DNA from: Macrostomum hystrix
Taxonomy: Eukaryota; Animalia; Platyhelminthes
DNA length: 64,000 nt
Direction: 5' to 3'
Assembly: GCA_950097015.1 (NCBI GenBank)
Contig: CATNEN010000011.1
Span: forward strand, 1,426,001-1,490,000
The notes below the pieces were generated by a model that was given only the letters and a program-made list of their open reading frames with translations, did no database searches and was not told where the DNA came from. The translations under genes and the position numbers were made by a program. Of this stretch, positions 10,225 to 23,266 are shown one piece after another (position 1 is the first letter of the stretch; each line of letters opens with the position of its first letter).

Positions 10225-13200
10225 GCTGCTGGGGGGGAATTAGCTCTCTGCTGCTGGGGGGAATTAGTTCTCTGCTGCTGGCGGGAATTAGTTCTCTGCT
10301 GCTGAGGGGGGAATTAGTTCTCTGCTACTTTAGGGGGGATTAGTTCTCTGCTGCTGGCGGGAATTAGGCGGGAATTAATTCTCTGCTGCTGGCGGGAATT
10401 AGGCGGGAATTAATTCTCTGCTGCTGGGGGGAATTAGGCGGGAATTAATTCTCTGCTGCTGGCGGGAATTAGGCGGGAATTAATTCTCTGCTGCTGGGGG
10501 GAATTAGGCGGGAATTAATTCTCTGCTGCTGGGGGGAATTAGGCGGGAATTAATTCTCTGCTGCTGGGGGGAATTAGTTCTCTGCTGCTGGGGGGAATTA
10601 GGCGGGAATTAATTCTCTGCTGCTGGGGGGAATTAGGCGGGAATTAATTCTCTGCTGCTGGGGGGAATTAGGCGGGAATTAATTCTCTGCTGCTGGGGGG
10701 AATTAGGCGGGAATTAATTCTCTGCTGCTGGGGGGAATTAGTTCTCTGCTGCTGGGGGGAATTAGGCGGGAATTAATTCTCTGCTGCTGGGGGGAATTAG
10801 GCGGGAATTAATTCTCTGCTGCTGGGTGGAATTAGCTCTCTGCTGCTGGGTGGAATTAGTTCTCTGCTGCTGAGGGGAATTAGTTCTCTGCTGCTTTGGG
10901 GGGAATTAGTTCTCTGCTGCTTTGGGGGGAATTAGTTCTCTGCTGCTTTGGGGGGAATTAGTTCTCTGCTGCTGAGGGGAATTAGTTCTCTGCTGCTTTG
11001 AGGGGAATTAGTTCTCTGCTGCTGAGGGGAATTAGTTCTCTGCTGCTTTGGGGGGAATTAGTTCTCTGCTGCTGAGGGGAATTAGTTCTCTGCTGCTTTG
11101 GGGGGAATTAGTTCTCTGCTGCTTTGGGGGGAATTAGTTCTCTGCTGCTTTAGGGGGAATTAGTTCTCTGCTGCTGAGGGGAATTAGTTCTCTGCTGCTG
11201 AGGGGAATTAGTTCTCTGCTGCTTTGGGGGGGATTAGTTCTCTGCTGCTTTGAGGGGAATTAGTTCTCTGCTGCTGAGGGGAATTAGTTCTCTGCTGCTT
11301 TGGGGGGAATTAGTTCTCTGCTGCTGAGGGGAATTAGTTCTCTGCTGCTTTGGGGGGAATTAGTTCTCTGCTGCTTTGAGGGGAATTAGTTCTCTGCTGC
11401 TGGCGGGAATTAGGCGGGAATTAATTCTCTGCTGCTGGGGGAATTAGGCGGGAATTAATTCTCTGCTGCTGGGTGGAATTAGCTCTCTGCTGCTTTGGGG
11501 GGAATTAGTTCTCTGCTGCTTTGGGGGGGATTAGTTCTCTGCTGCTTTGGGGGGAATTAGTTCTCTGCTGCTTTGAGGGGAATTAGTTCTCTGCTGCTGG
11601 GGGGAATTAGGCGGGAATTAATTCTCTGCTGCTGGGGGGAATTAGGCGGGAATTAATTCTCTGCTGCTGGGTGGAATTAGCTCTCTGCTGCTTTGGGGGG
11701 AATTAGTTCTCTGCTGCTTTGGGGGGGATTAGTTCTCTGCTGCTTTGGGGGGAATTAGTTCTCTGCTGCTTTGGGGGGAATTAGTTCTCTGCTGCTGAGG
11801 GGAATTAGTTCTCTGCTGCTTTGGGGGGAATTAGGCGGGAATTAATTCTCTGCTGCTGGCGGGAATTAGGCGGGAATTAATTCTCTGCTGCTGGGGGGAA
11901 TTAGGCGGGAATTAATTCTCTGCTGCTGAGGGGAATTAATTCTCTGCTGCTGGGGGGAATTAGGCGGGAATTAATTCTCTGCTGCTGGGGGGAATTAGGC
12001 GGGAATTAATTCTCTGCTGCTGGGGGGAATTAGGCGGGAATTAATTCTCTGCTGCTGGGGGGAATTAGGCGGGAATTAATTCTCTGCTGCTGGGGGGAAT
12101 TAGTTCTCTGCTGCTGGGGGGAATTAGGCGGGAATTAATTCTCTGCTGCTGGGGGGAATTAGGCGGGAATTAATTCTCTGCTGCTGGGTGGAATTAGCTC
12201 TCTGCTGCTTTGGGGGGAATTAGTTCTCTGCTGCTTTGGGGGGGATTAGTTCTCTGCTGCTTTGGGGGGAATTAGTTCTCTGCTGCTGAGGGGAATTAGT
12301 TCTCTGCTGCTTTGGGGGGAATTAGTTCTCTGCTGCTTTGGGGGGAATTAGTTCTCTGCTGCTTTGGGGGGAATTAGTTCTCTGCTGCTGAGGGGAATTA
12401 GTTCTCTGCTGCTTTGAGGGGAATTAGTTCTCTGCTGCTGAGGGGAATTAGTTCTCTGCTGCTTTGGGGGGAATTAGTTCTCTGCTGCTGAGGGGAATTA
12501 GTTCTCTGCTGCTTTGGGGGGAATTAGTTCTCTGCTGCTTTGAGGGGAATTAGTTCTCTGCTGCTGAGGGGAATTAGTTCTCTGCTGCTTTGGGGGGAAT
12601 TAGTTCTCTGCTGCTTTGAGGGGAATTAGTTCTCTGCTGCTGGCGGGAATTAGTTCTCTGCTGCTGGGGGGAATTAGGCGGGAATTAATTCTCTGCTGCT
12701 GGGGGGAATTAGGCGGGAATTAATTCTCTGCTGCTGGGGGGAATTAGTTCTCTGCTGCTGGGGGGAATTAGGCGGGAATTAATTCTCTGCTGCTGGGGGG
12801 AATTAGGCGGGAATTAATTCTCTGATGCTGGGGGGAATTAGGCGGGAATTAATTCTCTGCTGCTGGCGGGAATTAGGCGGGAATTAGTTCTCTGCTGCTG
12901 AGGGGAATTAGTTCTCTGCTGCTTTGGGGGGAATTGGTTCTCTGCTGCTGAGGGGAATTAGTTCTCTGCTGCTTTGGGGGGAATTGGTTCTCTGCTGCTG
13001 AGGGGAATTAGTTCTCTGCTGCTTTGGGGGGAATTAGTTCTCTGCTGCTGGGGGGGGGAATTAGTTCTCTGATGCTGGGGGGGATTAGTTCTCTGATGCT
13101 GGGGGGGGAATTAGTTCTCTGATGCTGGGGGGGGGGAATTAGTTCTCTGCTGCTGGGGGGAATTAGTTCTCTGATGCTGGGGGGAATTAGTTCTCTGCTG

Positions 13201-15018
13201 CTGGGGGGGGAATTAGTTCTCTGCTGCTGGGGGGGGGGAATTAGTTCTCTGCTGCTGGGGGGAATTAGTTCTCTGCTGCTGGCGGGAATTAGTTCTCTGC
13301 TGCTGGGGGGAATTAGTTCTCTGCTGCTGGCGGGAATTAGTTCTCTGCTGCTGGGGGGAATTAGTTCTCTGCTGCTGGGGGGAATTAGTTCTCTGCTGCT
13401 GGGGGGAATTAGTTCTCTGCTGCTTTGGGGGGAATTAGTTCTCTGCTGCTTTGGGGGGAATTAGTTCTCTGCTGCTTTGGGGGGAATTAGTTCTCTGCTG
13501 CTGGGGGGAATTAGTTCTCTGCTGCTTTGGGGGGAATTAGTTCTCTGCTGCTGGGGGGGGGAATTAGTTCTCTGCTGCTGGGGGGGATTAGTTCTCTGAT
13601 GCTGGGGGGAATTAGGCGGGAATTAATTCTCTGCTGCTGGCGGGAATTAGTTCTCTGCTGCTGAGGGGAATTAGTTCTCTGCTGCTGAGGGGAATTAGGC
13701 GGGAATTAGTTCTCTGATGCTGGGGGGGGAATTAGTTCTCTGCTGCTGGGGGGAATTAGTTCTCTGCTGCTGGGGGGGGAATTAGTTCTCTGATGCTGGG
13801 GGGAATTAGTTCTCTGCTGCTGGGGGGGGGAATTAGTTCTCTGATGCTGGGGGGGATTAGCTCTCTGCTGCTGGGGGGAATTAGTTCTCTGCTGCTGGGG
13901 GGAATTAGTTCTCTGCTGCTTTGGGGGGAATTAGTTCTCTGCTGCTGGGGGGAATTAGTTCTCTGCTGCTGGGGGGAATTAGTTCTCTGCTGCTTTGGGG
14001 GGAATTAGTTCTCTGCTGCTGGGGGGAATTAGTTCTCTGCTGCTTTGGGGGGAATTAGTTCTCTGCTGCTGGGGGGGGGAATTAGTTCTCTGCTGCTGGG
14101 GGGAATTAGTTCTCTGCTGCTGGGGGGAATTAGTTCTCTGCTGCTTTGGGGGGAATTAGTTCTCTGCTGCTGGGGGGAATTAGTTCTCTGCTGCTGGGGG
14201 CAATTTTTTCTTTGCTGCTGGGGGGGAATTTTTCTTTGCTGCTCTGGGGAATTAGGCGGGAATTAGTTCTCTGCTGCTGGGGGGAATTAGGCGGGAATTA
14301 ATTCTCTGCTGCTGGGGGGAATTAGGCGGGAATAAATTCTCTGATGCTGGGGGGAATTAGGCGGGAATTAATTCTCTGCTGCTGGGGGGAATTAGGCGGG
14401 AATTAATTCTCTGATGCTGGGGGGAATTAGTTCTCTGCTGCTGGGGGAATTAGCTCTCTGCTGCTGAGGGGAATTAGTTCTCTGCTGCTGAGGGGGGAAT
14501 TAGATCTCTGCTGCTGGCGGGAATTAGATCTCTGCTGCTGGGGGGAATTAGGCGGGAATTAGTTCTCTGCTGCTGGGGGGAATTAGTTCTCTGCTGCTTT
14601 GGGGGGGATTAGTTCTCTGCTGCTTTGAGGGGTATTAGTTCTCTGCTGCTTTGGGGGGGATTAGTTCTCTGCTGCTTTGGGGGGGATTAGTTCTCTGCTG
14701 CTGGGGGGAATTAGTTCTCTGCTGCTGAGGGGGGAATTAGTTCTCTGCTACTTTGGGGGGGGATTAGTTCTCTGCTGCTGGGGGGAATTAGTTCTCTGCT
14801 GCTTTGGGGGGGATTAGTTCTCTGCTGCTGGGGGGAATTAGTTCTCTGCTGCTGAGGGGGGAATTAGTTCTCTGCTACTTTGGGGGGGGATTAGTTCTCT
14901 GCTGCTGGGGGGAATTAGTTCTCTGCTACTTTAGGGGAGATTAGTTCTCTGCTGCTGGGGGGAATTAGTTCTCTGCTGCTGAGGGGGGAATTAGTTCTCT
15001 GCTACTTTAGGGGGAATT
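10225..15018. repeat. ~4.8-kb G-rich satellite of 24-, 26- and 35-bp unit variants (CTCTGCTGCT[TT]GGGGGGAATTAG[GCGGGAATTAA]TT)
   Basis: Continuous tandem array. The ORFs called inside it are repeat artefacts. Confidence 0.97.
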
Positions 15019-17959
15019 CAACTAATGTTGTTCTTCTCAATTTTCAACAATAGCAGCTAATAAAAAATTCTATTCATCTACATATCTTCTGATAATGTCA
15101 TTGGCAGTCGTCCTCTTGATGTCCAGTTCAACTGCGAGAATTCTCCAGTCTCGTCCCTGTTAAAAACATCACAGGAGTCTAGAGCGATCCACAGACGAAA
15201 TTCTCATATAGGGCGTCTCTGACAGCAATAAGAGCAGGAAATGAGTAATGAAAGAAAGTCAGGTAGACGCTGATTTTAAAAGAGTGCGCCAATGATATTG
15301 CATCCAACGAGGCAACATTTTCTAGCACTAGTCGAGAGAGATTGTGACGATTTAAAAAGGACGAAGACCAAAGTCAGAGGCAGCGACAATTTTAGTTCAC
15401 GGCAGTTAGAGTCAGTTCAATGTATGTGGTGTAGCGGTAGCACTTTATTATCTGGGTGCACTGGGACGTACGACAAGCAGAGAGGTAAGTAAGGCGTAGG
15501 AGCTCACTAGCAGTAACGGTCAGTGATAGTAAGTAAGTAATCGACAGATCTAGTCAAGAGAGAAGTACAAGGCCTAGGCTAGAAGAAGGTGTAGGCAAGG
15601 AGAAGGTGTAGGCAAGGAGGTGGCCAGGCGAAGTAGGTGTAGGCGAGGAAGGTCAGACAAAGGCAGGTGGGGCGCGAGCGGGCCTAAAGCCCTTAGCTAA
15701 GTAAGCTAGGCAGACTGCAGAACAGGGCGATCGATAATTCTCGATACTTGCTCCAGCCAATGAGAGTGTAAGTACACTGGTCTGGGCAGACGACAATCAG
15801 ACATTAGCAAAACCAAGCTGTGGCAGCGCGATGTGCTCTAACGCCTACTAACAGTAACACTCTAAGAATTACAGCTTACCATACAAAACTGAGAAATGGA
15901 TGAAAACCAGTTTACATCAGTAAAACGGCCCTAGTTAGTACACACGTAAATTAGCTATGTAAATTAACACGTAAATTAAATTGCTAGGGGCGCTTTCAAC
16001 AAGTGACAACGTCACAAGATGCTCCTAAAAATAGGTTTTCGTACGGTGGAGCAAAATGTATACTGTGCCAGTAAATCGTTTCCTTGGTTTACTGCAGTCG
16101 TAGGACTGAACACAAGTGTGTTCATGTTGAAACGATGTTTCGAGAAACGAGATCAGAGGCTGGAGGGATTAGGCAGAACAACTGGCTGAGTGATTATGCA
16201 AGCGAAAAATAATTAGCTCATTACTCGCTCATGCGTGGCCGCTCCCGTGGCCGCAGTTGCGAAAGGGGGATAGAGGGGGAACTCCATTGGAAAGGGAGTT
16301 TGACACGTACACCTGGCCCTACCCAAGGAAGAGAAGGAAACCCGGCCAAGGACTCCTTCACCCCTAGAAAGAAATGCACATGCTACGCTCCGCATCTGCT
16401 CGCAAATCCCTAGCTCCTTATTTACTCTCATGCGCGCTCACAGTTGCTTTCCCGCCGCAGCCTTCGGCTCGACATCACCAGAGCCGGCCCCCTAACAGAT
16501 TACCCACTCATAACTCAGGGCTGCCTAAAAGAGAAATAATTAGGATAGCGACAAAAAGGAGAGATTTAAATTGTACTAAAAGATCGCCTAATAGTTCGAA
16601 CAGAGGCTGTAGTTAAAAGTTTATTAGGCTAAAAGTCCCTATGCCCGTGCCCGCTATTATGCCGCCTAGCTAGTAGAAAAGTCCCTTAGGAATAACAATT
16701 AAAAGACCGCTGCGCGGGTTACTTAGCTGAATGCCGGTCGCGTGCTGCAGGCCGTTGTTCTCGCGGGAGGGATCCGGACAAGATAAGGGTAATGTGGAGA
16801 TTAATAAGGTAATGTGGAGATTAGCTGCGACTTGGCAAGGGGCCAAGACACTGAGTGAGCGCGGAGCTCGATTTAGCAGCTCACCTAAAGAGGTGGCTTG
16901 TACCCTAGCGGGTTGCTGAACAGGCAATGAGCCTGTGATTGCTAGTCTGAGCTTATAGCTCAAGGGTCTGAGCCCTAGACTAGAGGAGTGAGACTCCTGA
17001 GTGAGCGCGGACTCAGCTTCGGGTGTCCGAAGACTGTCCACGGACTCGGAGTAAGAGCGGGGTCGCTCGAACAAGCGGGGGAGGACGAAGAGTTAGCCAG
17101 GGGAAAGCTTCTGAAGAGGGGGCAGCGCAGCGCGCTTTCTTAAATAGGCCTGCAGCGCCGCCAACCTCGACATCCATCAAAATAACCCACATTCTCGCCG
17201 GCCTGTCAACGAGGAATCGAAGCGGCATTACGCCACCCCGATTGCCCAATGAACCGGCGGCAAGAAACGACAGATGCTCATCTAGGAGCAGCCGCCGGCA
17301 GTCGGCCAATAATTGCGATTCCGCCAGTACAATGGGAAGCGCAGGCGCCGACCTGCCTACAGTGACATTACATGTATCTAAAGGGGAAAGGTCATATAAT
17401 TGAGCTCTGCTCGGATTACAATAAAGAAGTGAGGACATTAAGAATTATTGATCACTCGTGATGCCTGAGTGTTTCCCGATATCTGATCGCGGTTTGGAGG
17501 GGAATTATGACCTAAACTAGCTCATACAATAAGGCTATGGGCCGCGATCAGTCATTCCTACAGGGGTCAAGACAGATCCAGGGAGAGAGGGGATCGATGG
17601 CTACTTAATTCAGCACCGCCCCAAGCCCGGCCCTAAGATTAATGATATTGTTTTCGTGGCCAGCTGCTGGTTGGGTCGCGATAATTATTAACTTAAAATT
17701 TCGGAAAATTTGGCTGGCTTACACCCTCACTCGATTCTCGTAGTACACTCCACATCAAAAATCCGTATAGAAATGATTGACAATTTATAAAATCTTTACA
17801 TTAACAAATTTGATTTCTAACTGTTTCGCGAATAGCAATCAACATTATTTTGCTATGTAAATATAATGCACGAATACATTTCAATATGCGGTACATGCAT
17901 AACCATAGCACGAGCAATTATTAATGAATCAATTCATGAGCAATCCGCCATATAAAGTC

Positions 17960-18619
17960 CTAATTAAGCGATAGCCCGACATTAGCGCAGAGAACTTGAT
18001 CACTGCCGGCTTTAACGTTGACGGACACCGTATAGTCGCCACTCTCTAGAAACTTCGGTATCTTCGAGGCGTCGACGGTGAAGGAGTAGCCAGGCAGAGT
18101 GAAGTTGCCAGCTGGGAAGGGGCACTTGCATGGTACACCAGCCTTTATAAACTCGGCAGGGCAAGAAGGTGGCGGTCGAGGAAAGGTGCACAGATTGGCA
18201 TAGTCACATGAGCCCACGTTGTCGACGCAAGGCAGCTTAATCCATGCTCCGAAAATTTTCTTTTTCATCTCGATGGAGCCAGCTAGCGGCTGTGTGTCCC
18301 CAAAGCTGTGCGTAGCTGTGATTGCAAAAGTGATAGTGATTTTTCCGCTCAGACTCACTGGGTCTGGTTGTACACCTACAGAATGAATTTTCACCCAAGT
18401 CGATGGTGAACCGCAATCTGACCAGGATAAACCGAAAAGACGGCTGACCAACGGACGCGAAATTTTCATGGCCGGCATCAGCATTGACATCTGGACAACT
18501 GCTGGTTGTTGATCTGAGTCCGCGACCGCATTGGTGCGTGAAACTATGGCTGCTGCTGGGGCTGACGGCCATACGAAAATTGCCATGAAGATAGCAACGA
18601 TGAGTGCAGAATTAAGCAT
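17960..18619 (-). CDS. GM2A: GM2 ganglioside activator-like / ML-domain lipid-binding protein, intronless
   Basis: Signal peptide, then SWSDCG..QPDPV, KKKIFGAWIKLPCVDNVGSCDYANLC, CKCPFPAGNFTLP and FLESGDY, all characteristic of GM2A. Likely start is MLNSAL. Confidence 0.9.
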   Translation of the reverse strand: MLNSALIVAIFMAIFVWPSAPAAAIVSRTNAVADSDQQPAVVQMSMLMPAMKISRPLVSRLFGLSWSDCGSPSTWVKIHSVGVQPDPVSLSGKITITFAITATHSFGDTQPLAGSIEMKKKIFGAWIKLPCVDNVGSCDYANLCTFPRPPPSCPAEFIKAGVPCKCPFPAGNFTLPGYSFTVDASKIPKFLESGDYTVSVNVKAGSDQVLCANVGLSLN

Positions 18620-19875
18620 TTTGCTTACAGTAAGCGGAGATTGTAGCTGTAAAGGAATTGCTGAACAATATTGGTTTTCGCATGGGAATGTCAGGAAGTG
18701 TTTATATAGCAAACTCGGACTAGCGCTGTCTTTCAGTTGGAATGAAAACTTTCAGGGGGTTTCAATCTCTGCATGCTCGCACGTACACATTTGCTATCTT
18801 AGCGAGTATACACTTTAGAGCCCACTATTCTCTGTCCCTCTGAGTGTTGTCTGTTTTTGGATGTCCATTACAAGTTTCTTAAAAGGGACAGAAACAGAGA
18901 AGGACTGGTCAATAAAACGCACCCCTGGCGAAGGGTGGCACAAAATATTTTTAAATGCGCCCGCTCTAATTGCTAGCACAGATTCGATACTTTTATTGAT
19001 AAGTAATCTTGTCTGTTTGTTTGCAATCAACTATCTCACGAACGGCTCAACCAATTTCCGTCGTTTCTTCACCAAAAGATGTAGAATGGGCATGAATCGG
19101 TATACGTATTTTATGAGCTAAACTAAACAGTTTCAGGAAGGCTATTTTGATGCAATGAATTATTCAGCTTGCGAACAGTTGCCAATTTTATTTATTGCGT
19201 CAGAGCCAGTTCTGTTAAACGAGCGCACCGATAAGTGATTATCTTGAGGCACGTCAACAACGCCGCGAGGGGCATATAGGAAGGAATTTCTATTAACACA
19301 CCGCTTGGAGAAAAGCAATAATAAATTCCTTATCGTGCATTATACATTCAAATTGTTAGCGTCATTAGGGACCTGAATAAATTCTCATATACCTATAACT
19401 CCACAAGCTCGCAATGTTTGCTCCTGTATAGAAAACTTTAAAGTCAAATAAGAGTCATCGAGTGCATCAATTGAGACACTACGGAGAAAAGGGAAATCTA
19501 AGTATGTATATATCAACAAAATGTTTGTCGATTTAAGCAGTCAATGCGCTTGTGAACTAAATCAACTTTTCGAAGCTATTTATCTGTCGCAAAAGCTCTT
19601 ATTTTGTTTTGAAACGAATTACCGTTTGAAAGAAGAATGACGCGGGAACAAGAAACAGCTTCTCGGTGGGACAATTATCAGGATGAAGAAATAGTAGCCA
19701 CAAGGGCACGAACAATTGACATCGAATTGCCGAGAACCGATCACGACTGGCCATTGTAGTTGGTGTAGTAAAACGAGTCATACGCGTAGCCGCTTCTTCG
19801 GTCCTCGCCGTCCGATCGGTTGCGACGCTTTGGCCTTTGACGCTGACCGCCGCTGTTGTCTCCGCCCGAAGCCGT

Positions 19876-20140
19876 CTAAACTCCGTCGGCGCCGCCAACG
19901 GAGGCGGCAGTCGGCGAGCTGCCGGCGCGACGGCTGCTCTTCCGGTTTCCTTTGTTCTTTTTGCGGCGATTCTTTTTCTTCCTTCGATTCCTGCCGGGTT
20001 CGACGGTTGCAGCCGACGAGGTCAGGGCGGTTGGCAGAAGCTCGTGACTGAAAAGGCACAGTGACGTGTTGCCCTGGCCGGCATCTTCGTCGGCCGGAAC
20101 GCCCCGACGACCTCCAGACGGTCTGCCTCGATTTCGTCGT

Positions 20141-20177
<37 letters not shown>

Positions 20178-23100
20178 GAATTAGCCGCATCGCCCGTTTA
20201 AAAGGCGGACTCCGCTGCCATTCGACCAGGTAGGACACTGAGATGCTGGTGCCGTCCGTCGACAATGAGCCCATGATGAGCAGCTTCTTGCGCGGATCGG
20301 CTTTGGCTGCATCCAGACTGCGGCATTGGCAATTGCCGACAGTTTCCAAGACAACCGTGCGAATGCTGCGCTTCTGATGGCGAGTTAGGTTGGCTGATTT
20401 GAAGAATTTAACCCGCTGCTTCAACTGGATCCGAGTTTGATCGCCCAGCGCGTCCACGCTTTTGAAGCGTGCACTGAAAACTGCAGGGCAAACGGTTGGT
20501 TTTGTGCCTATTTAATATATCTGAGAAGCTTATGCTTGAAAATAGAAGCCGCTTTACTTCGATCTTACCAACTTCGTTTGCACAGTAGTTGCCGATAATT
20601 GACTCGTAGCCGACATTCTCAGGGCAGGATTGACAACCCTCTGCAATGTTAGTTGGTAACATTTTTCCAAGCCTTAACTGCTTCAAGCTTTATTCGATTC
20701 AAACTACGAGATGAAGACTGTTTCAGCACACATAGCTGTTGTTGTATTTTCAAAGCTAAAGAAAAGTGTTTCGGGCATTGCTGGAATCGTTACTACATTC
20801 AAAACTTTGAGAAAATATTATAATCATTGCTAATGGCATTTTTTTATTTATTAAAGCGTTTTTTTCGAGAAGGCAAGCAAGCATTGTTTTATGTATACTG
20901 AAAGCATATTGTTTCGAAGGAAAACAATAAATAAAGAATATAGCGCCAAATATATTATTTATATAGCATGCATGAGATTATCAAGTAAATAGCCTGGAAT
21001 TTGTGGAGAAAAGCATTAGATTTCCAGGACAAAAATGAGATATCCAGGGTATAATAAAATAATTTGAGGGTATGGCATTTTATTTCAAGAGGATAAAATG
21101 ATTTATTGAGGGGTAGCATGAATTGTCGAAGGGGTAGCATGAATTGTCGAAGGGGTAGCATGAATTGTCGAAGGGGTAGCATGAGTTATCGAAGGGGTAG
21201 CATGAGTTATCGAAGGGGTAGCATGAGTTACTGAGGGTAGCATGAGTTACTGAGGGTAGCATGAGTTACTGAGGGTAGCATGAGTTATCGAAGGGGTAGC
21301 ATGAGTTACTGAGGGTAGCATGAGTTACTGAGGGTAGCATGAGTTATCGAAGGGGTAGCATGAGTTACTGAGGGTAGCATGAGTTATCGAAGGGGTAGCA
21401 TGAGTTACTGAGGGTAGCATGAGTTATCGAAGGGGTAGCATGAGTTACTGAGGGTAGCATGAGTTACTGAGGGTGGCATGAGTTATCGAAGGGGTAGCAT
21501 GAGTTACTGAGGGTAGCATGAGTTATCGAAGGGGTAGCATGAGTTATCGAAGGGGTAGCATGAGTTATCGAAGGGGTAGCATGAGTTATCGAAGGGGTAG
21601 CATGAGTTACTGAGGGTAGCATGAGTTATCGAAGGGGTAGCATGAGTTATCGAAGGGGTAGCATGAGTTACTGAGGGTAGCATGAGTTACTGAGGGTGGC
21701 ATGAGTTATCGAAGGGGTAGCATGAGTTACTGAGGGTAGCATGAGTTACTGAGGGTGGCATGAGTTATCGAAGGGGTAGCATGAGTTATCGAAGGGGTAG
21801 CATGAGTTATCGAAGGGGTAGCATGAGTTATCGAAGGGGTAGCATGAGTTACTGAGGGTAGCATGAGTTATCGAAGGGGTAGCATGAGTTACTGAGGGTA
21901 GCATGAGTTATCGAAGGGGTAGCATGAGTTACTGAGGGTAGCATGAGTTACTGAGGGTGGCATGAGTTATCGAAGGGGTAGCATGAGTTATCGAAGGGGT
22001 AGCATGAGTTATCGAAGGGGTAGCATGAGTTATCGAAGGGGTAGCATGAGTTACTGAGGGTAGCATGAGTTATCGAAGGGGTAGCATGAGTTATCGAAGG
22101 GGTAGCATGAGTTACTGAGGGTAGCATGAGTTACTGAGGGTGGCATGAGTTATCGAAGGGGTAGCATGAGTTACTGAGGGTAGCATGAGTTACTGAGGGT
22201 GGCATGAGTTATCGAAGGGGTAGCATGAGTTATCGAAGGGGTAGCATGAGTTATCGAAGGGGTAGCATGAGTTACTGAGGGTGGCATGAGTTACCGAGGT
22301 ACATGCATGAACTGGCGAGAGGTAGAATCAATTATCGAGAGGAAAGCATAAATAATGGAGCGGTTTGCACAATTTATCGATGGGTAGTTTGATTTATTAA
22401 AGGGGTAGCATCATTTACCGTAAGGGTAGCCTGGTTTATCATGGTTTACCACGCTACCCCATGGTTTATCAAGGAAATGAGTAGCATGATTTATCGGAAG
22501 GGTAGCATTGCTTGACAGACTGAAAAACTTTTGTAATTGCACAGATATTTCCATGCGGGTTTAAGCTAGGCCAGATATTCATGTGCGTACAGCTGCAAGA
22601 TGAGTGCAGATCAGCCAAAGCAGGGAATTCGGTGTACGAGCTAATTTAACAATTTTACCTGTTATGTTAGTCTCAGGTTGAGCTGAAGTCGGATCAGTAA
22701 AAAAAGGTGATGTTAACTGATTTTCTAGTCTGTTTTGCAGTAAAATAATAATATTTAATTAAATTAAGACGGAACCTACTATCCTTGTTGCCCCGAATGC
22801 ACATGAGGTCACTGTCAGGCGGGAACTGGGTGCATTTGAGGAAGTCAGGCCAGGGGTAGCCGTACTTCGTCATCAAAACAGAGCACGGCCTCTTGACAGC
22901 CTCGCATAGGCTGCGACATGGCTTAATCTGACGGTCCAGCAGTTGCGGAATGCAAACCGGCGCGTAGATTGAGCACAGTAGGACTCTGATCTCCTTGTGG
23001 CAAAGTATATTAGCCAGGTTTTCCCAGTGCCTCGTCTGCTCCACAACTTCGTTCACGGTGTCATGGTTGAGCATATTTGGCAGGCGCATCTCCGTATAGC

Positions 23101-23266
23101 CTATGTTTGAGCATAGCTTCATGCTGCTGGGAATGGGCACGCAGCGGTGGCTGTTGCCAGACGGCAGCACCCAGGAGGATGGCATGCTGGGCAGATTCCA
23201 TTCAGGTGGCATCGCCTTGGACAGAAGCGGCTGCAACAGTAGCAGCAGCAACATTCGCGAGAACAT
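19876..23266 (-). CDS. sFRP: Secreted frizzled-related protein, copy B (exons 23266-22780, 22682-22659, 20640-20569, 20480-19876), with a basic C-terminal tail
   Basis: Same CRD+NTR architecture and splice sites as copy A. Poly-Gly is followed by RNRRKKKNRRKKNK. Confidence 0.9.
21110..22300. repeat. Mixed 19/21-bp minisatellite (GAGGGTAGCATGAGTTACT / GAAGGGGTAGCATGAGTTATC) in sFRP-B intron 2
   Basis: About 1.2-kb array, paralogous to 3975-4310. Confidence 0.95.

Noticed and set aside
10225-15018. CRISPR-like or coding interpretation of the long array (ORFs 13174, 13793, 14045)
   Set aside because: There are no unique spacers and the context is eukaryotic. The ORFs are translations of the satellite.
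15020-17700. GC-richer region that looks retrotransposon-derived (possible LTR/gag/protease or YR fragments)
   Set aside because: I found no paired LTRs, no convincing catalytic motif and no consistent frame. It needs a repeat-library search.
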